From NCBI GenBank assembly GCA_013265495.1, contig MU060707.1, forward strand, positions 2,023,247 through 2,087,246: a stretch of 64,000 nt of DNA, written 5' to 3'. How positions within the stretch are numbered: position 1 is the stretch's first letter; every line of letters begins with the position of its first letter. Position numbers and translations under genes: made by a program. Below the pieces are notes generated by a model, which worked only from the letters and a program-made list of their open reading frames with translations, was not told the DNA's origin and made no database searches. This DNA comes from Vicugna vicugna (Eukaryota). This document shows, one piece after another, positions 12,666 through 22,900 of the stretch.

Positions 12666-13114
12666 GTGCTGAGGAAGGGGTCTGTCCAAGGGCTGGCGCT
12701 GACATCGCTTGCTACAAATCTGCTCCAGTTAAAAGAGATTGAAAAACTGAGGTGGACAGGGACCACTTAGAGAAGATTTTACAAGTTATATCAGCATAAT
12801 AAAATGTGAAATTACTGCTTTTAAAGATTATCTTACCCAGTGGTTGTCAAACTGCTTTCAGTACAACTATTTCTATAAATAAAACCTTACACAGAATCTC
12901 AATTTATGAAAGTGTTAAGCAGGATATTTATTAGTTAAAATAGTATGCTCTAAGCTCAAACATATAGTCAGTGTAGTTTAAAAGTGCAGTTTAAAAACAC
13001 AAGTTAAACTCTAGATTGAGCACTGAAGCCTTATATCATGTTTATATCACATGTGGCTGAAGTTTTTTTTTTTTAATATTATTATGAAACTTGCTCTTCT
13101 AAAAAAAATTTGAT

Positions 13115-13209
13115 TCTTTTTGTTGTTAGTGGAAGTACTGGGGATTGAACCCAGGACCTCATGCATGCTGAGCATGTGCCCCACCACTGAGCTATATACC
13201 CCTTACCCC
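13115..13209 (-). mobile_element. tRNA-derived camelid SINE (Vic-1-like)
   Basis: Minus strand reads ggtatatagctcagtggtggggcacatgctcagcatgcatgaggtcctgggttcaatccccagtac. Confidence 0.88.
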
Positions 13210-13214
13210 TTGGG

Positions 13215-13720
13215 TGGAGTTTTATATTGGTCTCAGTAATTTCAGTAATCAAACGTTTCTTCATTTTGTTTTAATTGCAGAGTTTGAGAAAAACCTTGGT
13301 TCGTGCCAAAGAATTTTAATGTAATAGAGCACAAAAAGTTCATTGATGATGGTTTTGGATTCTACTTTGCAGTTAACCTTTAAGAAATTTCCACTTGTTG
13401 AGTTTTGGTGTCGTGTCAAAGATGAATAGCCACAATTCTCCAAAAACGCTTTTCAAATCCTTGCCCCCTTTCCAACTGTGTATCTGTGCGAGGCCACGTT
13501 TTCTTCAGATACTTCAACTAAAAGATGTATTTCATAGGTTGGGAAAACCAGACATTAAAGAGATTTTCCAAAATATAAAGCAATAGCAATATCATGCTTC
13601 CACTATTTTTTTTTTAAGATTTTGGAAAATATATTTTTCTTAAAGGTGTGCTAGCTTATAATGGGTTTGTAATCGTTAACTTTCAATTATACATTAATAA
13701 CCATGTTTTTCTTGGTCCTC
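13215..13720 (+). mobile_element. Charlie1-like hAT transposon 3' part
   Basis: Reads EFWCRVKDE*PQFSKNAFQILAPFPTVYLCEATFSS, the hAT C-terminal dimerisation motif, with an in-frame stop. Confidence 0.85.
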
Positions 13721-15079
13721 AATTTCTAGTACAGTACATGTCGAGAGAGAGAATCCACATAAAGTAATCAAAAGCTCTTCGGGGTTTTTAGTAATTATCG
13801 AGTGTAAAGAGACCACAGGTCACTGCTCTGGTTTACATCACAAAGGGGCACCCGGGGCTCAGAGGTCCAGGCAGGTGACATGAAGCTCTAACACGTCCAG
13901 GGTCACACACACACTGGGCGCATTCATATAAGTCAGGACCCAAGACCCGCTTTCCAGCATAGGAATCACCTGGAGAAATATTTTCATGCCTGAGAGTATG
14001 TTGCTTTGGGGATCAACACAATTACGTTAGCCTGGCGGCCAGTTACGACGAGCACTAAACACGGAAATTGTTGTTTGCAGCAGGGACTCAATCCCAGCAC
14101 ATCCTCTTTCCTGCACATGGACGCACAGATGCGCTTTTCAAAAACTGATCAAACTGTTCAGATGCACGTTATCTACATGGTCATTTCAGGGCGGTGCTCT
14201 GATCAAAACTGACTTTGTTATATACGCCAAAGGGGGCCCATACGGGTCAACAGTCTTCTAGCTGAACTTCATCTTACCAACAAAGAGGAAGGCTTGGAGA
14301 GGCTGGTCCTTGCCCCGAGGTCACACGGTGGAGCGGCAGAGCTGGGATGGAATCTGAGATCCCTTAGTCCAGCTTTCTCCCCGCGTTGCCTCTCGAGGAT
14401 CAGAACAAGTCTGTTCAGCCTGGAGCTGGCAGACCAGAAGGACAGGTGTGTGCTGCCCCCTCAAGGTGTTGGTCCTTGCCAGGCATTGCTGATGGATTTC
14501 AAATGGAGGAACAGTTCCAAGTCCAGCAAGGCCCTGAATCCTTAATCACCGTCCCAGACAATAGGAGCAGCAGGTCTGCAAGAGAAAATGACACCACCGG
14601 TGCACAAAGCTATCGCCCCTGCCTTGCGTGGAGTCCTGAGGGTACTAGGTCCCAGCTGGGTCACTCCTGCAGGCGCAGCTTCCTCCTCCTCGAACCAGGA
14701 CTGTGACCTGGGACTTAGGCTGTGAACGCAGACCCTCAGAAAACTGTTAGCTCAGACGTGGCTTTTTACTTCCATGCTTGGCTTTCTGTTTTAAAGTCTG
14801 TGAGTACAAAGGCTCCTCCTTGAACTGAGTAGGGTCTTGGGTGTACCCAAGTTCTGCTGTAAAACGCCTGATTACGTGAGTGAAGGGACTGAGGGAGGGA
14901 GGGGAGGTGGCCCCGGGCAGGCTGGTGAGCACCCTCCTCTCCCCCCACCCCCATAGCCCTTCACCAGATGAAAGCCTTGTTTTAAATCCCGAGCCTGGCA
15001 TCTTCTCTCATAGTTGTGGTCACTGTATACACATCATGCAGTGACTTACTCCTTAGTCATGTATTTTGAAAACTTTCCC

Positions 15080-15420
15080 ACATGTGGACACATAATTCCA
15101 TTAAAAAAAAACATACCAAGCATCAGACATATTTACACATCTTTTTGTTTGGCATTTGCCATGGTTAAAATTTTATGGTGGCTTTTCCCTTCTTCAATGC
15201 AGACTTTAAGTCAAGTGTACCAATATTTTCCTCCCCAACCATTTATGTCATTCTTAGAAACACATTTGTGTGACTATACAAGGACCCATGCTTTCCTTCC
15301 AGTACTCAAATTCCATTGTTTAAAATTCAAAACTTGAATCAACTTTTAGATCTTGGATCTGGTGTAAGGATAGACAAGCTATCCTACTTTTTTCAGATTG
15401 TTATCCACTTTTACCGTCTG
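15080..15420 (-). mobile_element. Old L1 ORF2 fragment
   Basis: AT-rich; tttagatcttggatctggtgtaaggatag...ttttcagattgttatccacttt resembles antisense L1M. Confidence 0.55.
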
Positions 15421-15952
15421 AGTAGTAATTCCTGCATTATGTGAAAGGTACCTGACCCTGGAACAAATCAGTCCTGGACTTTGTGTCCTGCGGTGGCCCC
15501 AGCTTTAAATATTAGACTAACATTTCATTCTTTTCCTTTTTTAGCCCTTTTTTTTTTTTTAATACAAGAGCTGTAGAAGCAATATGAGAACAGAAGGGGG
15601 AGACTTTCCATTGGGACTGCAAATTTATGGACAACTTTATGATGTCTTTCTAGCCAAGAATAAGACAACCTTTCCATTATTAATTTGGATGCTTGGGAAT
15701 TTTGTTTTTTTCAACATCAAAATGTGCGTTATTCCTTACTTTTGATGGCAGTACCAGAGGGGTCATGAGCTGCCACAGAACTTGAGAGTCAGGTGGGATC
15801 TAGACAGAGAAGTGGAGTGAGGTGGCCAAGGTCACACTGTGACTGGGCAGGAGGGAGGCGAGTGGGCTCCCAGAGTCTGCAGCTTCCAACGTCCCCCCTG
15901 TCCCACGTGTCCCCAACACGAAGTCAGCAACCCACAGTGAGGAGAAAAGATA

Positions 15953-15958
15953 TTTAAT
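15953..15958 (-). terminator. Further distal poly(A) signal ATTAAA
   Basis: Plus-strand tttaat; downstream TCTTTTCTCC...TGTGGGTTG. Confidence 0.4.
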
Positions 15959-16094
15959 TAGTTCTTGGTCTAATCTCTTAAAGCGCTCAAAGTGTTTTCA
16001 CAAGTGCAAGGGGAGGGACAGCTCTCAGCCAACAATTTACCAGTGATTCCGACACACGCAAAGAAACTCCAAGTCACCGTGCTTTATACTTACT

Positions 16095-16100
16095 TTTAAT
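16095..16100 (-). terminator. Distal poly(A) signal ATTAAA
   Basis: Plus-strand tttaat; followed about 30-45 nt downstream by GU-rich GTTTCTTTGCGTGTGT. Confidence 0.65.
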
Positions 16101-16627
16101 TTCTGCACTGGAAAAGAAAAGGAAGGTGTAAATGAGGACAGGTTAGTTTACAGTGACTCCATCTTTGCCTTTAAATTAATCTTTGCTCTGGGAGGCAGAG
16201 GGGGAAAGAAAGACAGAAAGACATCAAAGCACAAGAGTCAAACAGTACCAAGAGGCCTCGTCTGGCTACCGAGGGATCCAAAAGCCTGGAGGCAGCGCCG
16301 TAAACACTGACAGGCATCAGGTAGAATACATTAAAAAAAAAACAAAACCCAAAACAGAACAAATCCCACAACTCCATTCTTAAAATCAAGCACAAAAACG
16401 GACAGTGAAATGCAGGTTGTGTGTGTCCCCCGGGCAGGAACCGAGCGCCATCTGCTCACAGCGCCGGCCCTGCGCCCCCTTCCCGCAGGCGCGGACACCA
16501 GAAGGGACCGGCAGGCGGGGAGCGGGATGAGTCTGTGTGCTTTGGAGGCTCTGCCTCTGGAATGTTCTGCGCGGCTGAGCAGGGCGGTGGGTTTGAGTCA
16601 CGCGCTACACGTTGTTGAAGTGCTCAC

Positions 16628-16633
16628 TTTATT
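16628..16633 (-). terminator. Proximal poly(A) signal AATAAA
   Basis: Plus-strand tttatt, about 240 nt downstream of the stop codon. Confidence 0.6.
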
Positions 16634-16873
16634 TTCCATGTGCAAACTGTCACCGTCTAAAGCTTTCAGAAGGACGTGTACAGACAGGGTCGCCCTGCGG
16701 GCCGCGGGCGCTCAGGAGGCGGGGCCCTCCCTCCCGGGGGCGGGGCCGGGGCGGTCACAAGGCGAGGCCCCGCCCTCCTGGGGGCGGGGCGGGGGCGGAC
16801 AGAGAGAGAGAGGCGTCACTGTTCAGCTGCGTTCAACTCGAGTCCCTGATTCGGTCAGTTCGAGGAGGGCTCC

Positions 16874-16980
16874 TCAGTAGGAGATTGTCCACTCTTTGAC
16901 AGAGGCGTCGTGGGACGTCGTGACCAGCGTGTGCTCGTCCAGCCAGGCCAGGCTGCTGACGTGGTGCAGGCGGTGCGCAT
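16874..16980 (-). CDS. WDR1: WDR1 exon 15 coding part (107 nt including TGA)
   Basis: cag|ATGCGCACCGC...TCCTACTGA; [35 protein letters not shown]-stop. Confidence 0.98.
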
Positions 16981-19900
16981 CTGGGGAGAAAGGAAGCGCT
17001 TTAGGCAGGACCCACAAACTCTGCTCCTAGGGACACCTTGGATCGGAAGATGGGACACCCTGGGCCAGATCATCCGCAGGGCCCCAAGAAACCAAACACG
17101 ATCCTGGTTAACCAGATACCATCCCTCTTCCCAGTGGGGAGAGTTTGGGTGATGGGGCGGGAGCAGGTGTTCTCAGCTCTGGAACCAGTGACACTCTGGT
17201 CCCAGCAGCATCCTGGCTGGAGCTCCCGGGTACCAGCACCGTCAGAGACAGAACTGCCCCTCCCCTCCCCAGAGTAAAAAACTTTCTATGCATAAAGCAA
17301 CAACATACGAACAATGCACGAACAGGACACAGCATATCTATGTATTAAAATGGGGCGACGGTGTGGGGAGAGTAACAGTTCAGTGGCAGAGTGCATGCTT
17401 AGCACACACGAGGTCCTCAGTCCCCAGACCTCCAGTAAAAAAAAATGGGGCGACAATGAATAAAATGTTGAGAAACACAAGACTGGGGGTCCCAAGCACA
17501 GAGCACCCTAACCTCAGGCCAGTGCAGTCCTGTGACCTGTGACCCCTCAGCCTGGACTTCCCACCCTCTGCCCTGTGAACTCTTGCTGCACCTTGAACTT
17601 GCTCAAGTCTTACCACAAAACTGCTGCTTTCCACGTAGACCAGGACGGCCCATCTGAGTCTGTTCTGCTCCCGCCTCTGTCCTGAACTGGCCGCCCGCCC
17701 GCATGGTGCCAGCTCGCTGGGGCCCTCCCCTACCTCTGCAGCATGCACGGGAAAACGCTCTGGAGGGCTGACACTGGACTGTTTTTAAATAGGATAGGAT
17801 CCCATTTATGGTTAACACAAAAGGCTGCCTGCCGGATAGAGAATGGATGAGAAGGGACCGGACCCCATGTAGTGGGGTGGTAGGCAGCAACCCGGGGACA
17901 GGAGGATCTGAGATCTACCCGGGGACGAGTGTGGTCCCACTCAGGGCCGCGAGCCACCTGTGGCCACGGAGCCCTTGCAGTGAGCTACTGTCACATGTGA
18001 AAATACTATATTGAGTTAAATAAAATTTACTGTTAAGAATAATTCCACTGGTTTCTTTTTAAAACGTAACTGCTAGAAAAATGCCAAGTCCACACATAGT
18101 CACGTTATACTTTTATGGGAAGCTGCTGTCCTGGAGACCGAGAAGCTGGTCATGAGTTTAGACTGAGGGGCTGGGGTGGGTGGGGAAAGGGCAGTGCTGT
18201 GGTCTGACTGTCGGTGTCCCCACCGAAATTCCTAAATTGAAAACCTAATGTCCACGGCAATGGTGTGGGAGGTGGGGCCTTCGGGACGAGCCTAGGTGAC
18301 AAATGGGATTAGCGCTTTTATAATAGAGACTCCTTCCATCATGTGAGGACACTTGCTAAGAAGTCTGTGACCTGGAAGGGGACCCTCCCCGGCCATCCGG
18401 GAACCAGATCCTTGACTTTAGCCTCCAGATCCATAAGGAGATTTCTGTGCTTTATGAGCTGCCCAGTGTGGGCATTTTGATAGGAGCCTGAACACACTAA
18501 GGCAGAAGGCGGTGTCAGGAAAAGCCCTTTGCTCAGCGGGTACCCCGGGTATGCAGACCACCTGCTCTCATGCTGGACACACGGGCGCCCTCGGTCCCTC
18601 TGCATATCCACATGGACCAGCAGAGCTGATGTTTGCTGGAGACCCAGGCCGCCACGAAGCCACCCCCGCAAAGCACAGAAGGGACCATGGGGCCTGAGAA
18701 CGCCACTCTGGAGCTGTCTGGGGAGCCGAGGCAGGCGCACGACTCACCTTGGATCTTGACCCTGGTCTCAGGGTCACTGAGGGTCCACACGTACACCATC
18801 ATGTCCATGCCACCTGAGGCAAAGTGCTCGTTGTCTGGAGACCAGGCCAGGCAGACGATCTTTGCATGGTGTCCATAAAAGACGTTGTTCTCCTGGATGT
18901 GGGTTGAAATCAGGCAGGTGGTCAGGGTTCAGGCAGAGTCAGTGGGCGTCACCTCCTCTAACCCTCCCGGTGACAGTAACGAGAGCCAGCACGCACGGAA
19001 TACTCTGTGCCAGGCTCCTGAAACCCTCACCACCTCACTGGCTCATTGTAACCACCCCCGGGTGCCCGCTGTGCGGAGGCACAGAAAGGTGCAACCAGAG
19101 ATCAAGCAGCAGCCCACAGGCCCCCAGAGCTGCCCTCGCAGCCTGTATCACATGGGCTTCACGTGCCCGCTCGCCTGCGGAGCTCCGGGCCTAGTAAGGG
19201 GACAGATGGAAACGCAGGAATGCAGGCAAGGAGGTCCTGCCTGGCGTGGACGGCGCTCCGTGCATGTGTGAGCGGGATGGAGGTGGGCGCCTCTCCCCGC
19301 AGACACACACCTCCTCACCCCGGAGCCTGGGGGTGGGCCTGCAGACGGGGGGCGGCCCCCATGCGTGGCTGTGTCTAAGGTGTGTCCCAGCCTCAAAGCA
19401 GCGTCTTACCAAAGGGGGTGGGTATGGAGAAGTCACACTTTCTAACTTAAGCTTTAGGAACGCTTCTACTGCAAAGCATTTGTCTTGTTCTTAATTCCTA
19501 GATTCACCACGACTTTCTTTTTCACATATGCCTCTTCCATCTCCTGTTCTACTCCTGCAGGTTACTCAGCCTGTTACATGCATTTATCACTTAAAATGTG
19601 ATAAATGCAGAATTTGAGAACTGTGCTACGGAGGTGGAAGGGAATCTCCTGGGAGGTCAGAGGTTCATGATGATGGAGGTGTGGACGGGAGGTGCGGGCA
19701 CAGGGATGTGTATACTTCCGTCCACGTCTGTCTTTCGTTTTATGTAAACTTTATAGACAAAGATAAAACTAAGGAACCACCGAACTCTAATTAATAATAT
19801 GTAAGCTGAAGTGTTAATGGAGAAACGTACAGATGCCTATAATTGGCTTTAAATGCACCCAAAATTAGATTCTTAGATGGATAACGTGACATAGTAAATG

Positions 19901-22900
19901 GTCAAGGTAGCATCCACGTGGTAAATCCTTTTGACTCTGCTGTCAATTTCAAACTGTCCTAAGTGTCCAAGGACTAGAGGACTGTCCACCTGTCTCGTGT
20001 CACACCAGCTCTCCCACATCCAGCAGGGACCAAGTCCCTCCAGAGTGCAGTCTCATTGGTGAAACGGGGCTACTGCTGCCTGGCACGAGTGCCTGGTGCC
20101 GACATGGGACACTTGCCCCTCACATGCCAGCGCCCTCACCATACTGCTCGGAGTGGGATGAGCTTCCAGGGCCTCTGAGGCTGTTCCTCCCAGGACCCAC
20201 CTCTGAGTGCTCACAGTTTACAGGACTTTAACAGCAATGTGACTTGGGAAAAATCTAGTCTAAGCCCTTTGACAAAGAGAAAAATCAGGTCCGGAAAGTC
20301 ACGTGGTCAGGCCAACGAGGCCCCTCCCTTTTTGGCAACTATTCTACCTGGAGGATGGAGGAGCCCGCCGGCTGCCGGACGGGGAGTCTTCTGGGCCCTC
20401 ATCACTCACATTCTTGGAGCAATAAAGCCGCATGTGTCCTGTGCATCTGCCACCTACAATGCCCAGGGTGGGGACAGAGGGTGACCTGCCCACTCACCGA
20501 GTAGCCATCAGCAACGCTGAAGACCGTGACCACCTTGCTGGCATCGCAGACGGCGAGGAAGGCGCCGTCATTGGAATACGCCACATCGGTCACGGGGCCC
20601 TTGGCTTCCAGGAGCTTGCCCTCATCCTTCAGCGTGGTGCCCAGGATGGAGTACAGGCGGACGTTCCCATCCTGCAGGACACAGGGGCAGCGGGTCACTC
20701 GCCTGACGGGTGTGCGTGCACACACGCACACACACACCTTCCTGATATCCTTCTTTTTGGAGAGAGGGTCCAGGGTACCAGAAATAAACAGTACTTCCCC
20801 CAGCACTGTCCCTGCTCGGCCCCTGTGCCAGGAGAGAGGCTCCTCCTTCCTCACGGCACCAGAGAGCACCTCCTACAGCCCTGCAGCAGTCCTCACGGCT
20901 TAGCATGTGGGCAGAATTACAGTACACTACGTTCAATTGCTTTAAAATTATATTTAAATTAATTGCATTAAAATGCAGGGTCCCAGGCACCCCTAATTCT
21001 GATTCTGCCTCTCTGGGTGATCAGGACTCTGGGTCTTCCACAAATATTCCAGGAGGTTCTAGTGCAGGTGTTCACAGGCAAACTTTGAGAAGCATCTGTT
21101 CACAAGAGAGCTCTCCAGGAAGGCCCCTAAGGTGGCCGTCCCCTCCGCCTGTGCCCTGTGCCCCACAACCCTTCGCTAACCCGGCAGGGCCCCTCAGGCA
21201 GCAGGCTCCTCTCTCTGCTCCGCGCAGCCCGTCTCCTAGCAAACCCCGTCCTCGTGGCGTCCAGGCACCTCTCCTTGGGAGGCCTCCCTGCTCTTTCAGG
21301 AGCCTGCCCTCAGCCCACCGGCCGTCCCCAGCCCCAGGGCCCTCGGGTCAGGGATGCCCAACGGACGTTCAGTTGCCTGAGCTGGACTCCCCTCAGCTGG
21401 AGCACGTAGGGGGCTTCCGGCATCTGTGCTGACCTTCGGGAAACCCTACTAAGATGGACGCACCTCGGGCACCTCCCCTCCAGGGCAGGGAGCCCCTTGA
21501 TTTTCTGCCCCCAGAGCCCTGCTCAGGGCCTGGAAGTTTAACACACACTGCATGAACTGACGAAGGTGGAGTGACTGAGAAGGAACGGGGGTGACGGGGT
21601 GGGTCCCTCTGGGGGCAGCTGAGCTGTCAGCATGCCCAACAGTCACAAGGTCCCCCGGCTGCATCTCGATGCGCTCGGGCCCCGCCTCTAACACTGGAGG
21701 AACGGTGAGGCCAGCCCCAGGCCGGGGCTCTGAGCAGAGTCCTCGAGGTCGGTGACAAGCCCACTCAGTGCCACACGCAGCAGGAGTCTGGGCTTGAGGC
21801 CGTGTGAGGAGGGGACAACATTCGAGGGGAGAAGGCTGTGCTCACAGACGGCAGAGGAGACATCTCCAGGCCCCAGAGCACAGACATCTGCCATCAGGTG
21901 GCCTGAGTGACGGGACGGCTACTTGCTGGAACTCTGTAACGCCAACAAAGTAAGTGGAGACCGGTGTGTGTGGGACAAGGGGACACGCGGTGTAAACACG
22001 GACATGCATGTGTGTGCCTGACTAAGACACACGGGCCCAGGGCTGAGGACACCCGGGAAGGTGAAACTGCCAATACCTGGAGGCACCGGCTGAGGCGAGG
22101 GACCATCAGGCCATCTCTATCTCTTTTTTAAGAAGAAAAGCAAAGGTCTAACGGGCAGGGTGTGGCCGTACGGCGGGGACAGGGCTGGAACCCCACATCT
22201 GACCCTGAGCCCCCACCCAGGGCCCTGGCTGAGAGCTGCCTTCTAGAAGGCGGAGGTGTGTCAAAAACACCCAGACAGGAAAGAGCAGGTGACAGAGGAG
22301 CTGCCCAGGACCGTGGGCGACAGGAAGCCAGACTCCAGCGAAACCAGGAAACCCTGAGGCTGACACCTCACCTCCCAGGTGCGAGGATTCTCAGGCCGCC
22401 CTCCTCCCTGTGCCCCCGAGCCCGGCTGAGGACGAGCCCAGCTTGGAGCCAGCTCTTTTCCCAGGTGCCTCACCCATGAGCTCCCAACTGCTCACAGGGC
22501 TAATGCCCAGGGCAAGCGTCCCTGCCCGAGTCCCCGAGCACAGCCCACCCCGCTGCCAGGACCCTTGGTCTCCCAGGACGCCGCTGCATCACCCAGGGGT
22601 GTGGGGGGATTCTCGTTCAGGCAGCAGGAGGCGCCCCGGCTGGCTGCCACGCCCTCCCACTGCCCCAGGGCAGAGGGCGTGAGGCAGGGCCTTACCGCGC
22701 CCCCGATGGCCACCGTCTCGCCGCCGGGATGCACCGCCACCACTTCAGGCTCGTAGCCGAGGTTGTCGATGCTGAAGCACTTCCTCTGGTCCTTCAGCAG
22801 GACGATCTAGGAAACACACGGGCAGCCGTTAGAGGCGCAGAGGCCCCGGGATGGATGGTTCAGGCCTGGGCTGGGCACTGTCCTGAAACTTTCGGGGGTG

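Larger units (their letters stand above)
15935..16873 (-). other. WDR1: WDR1 3' UTR (longest inferred form)
   Basis: Follows the TGA and contains AATAAA and two ATTAAA hexamers on the minus strand; the exact 3' end is inferred. Confidence 0.7.

Noticed and set aside
22200-22690. Possible orthologue of human intronic MIR3138
   Set aside because: I found no matching hairpin by eye in the introns near exons 12-13; that miRNA appears lineage-restricted.
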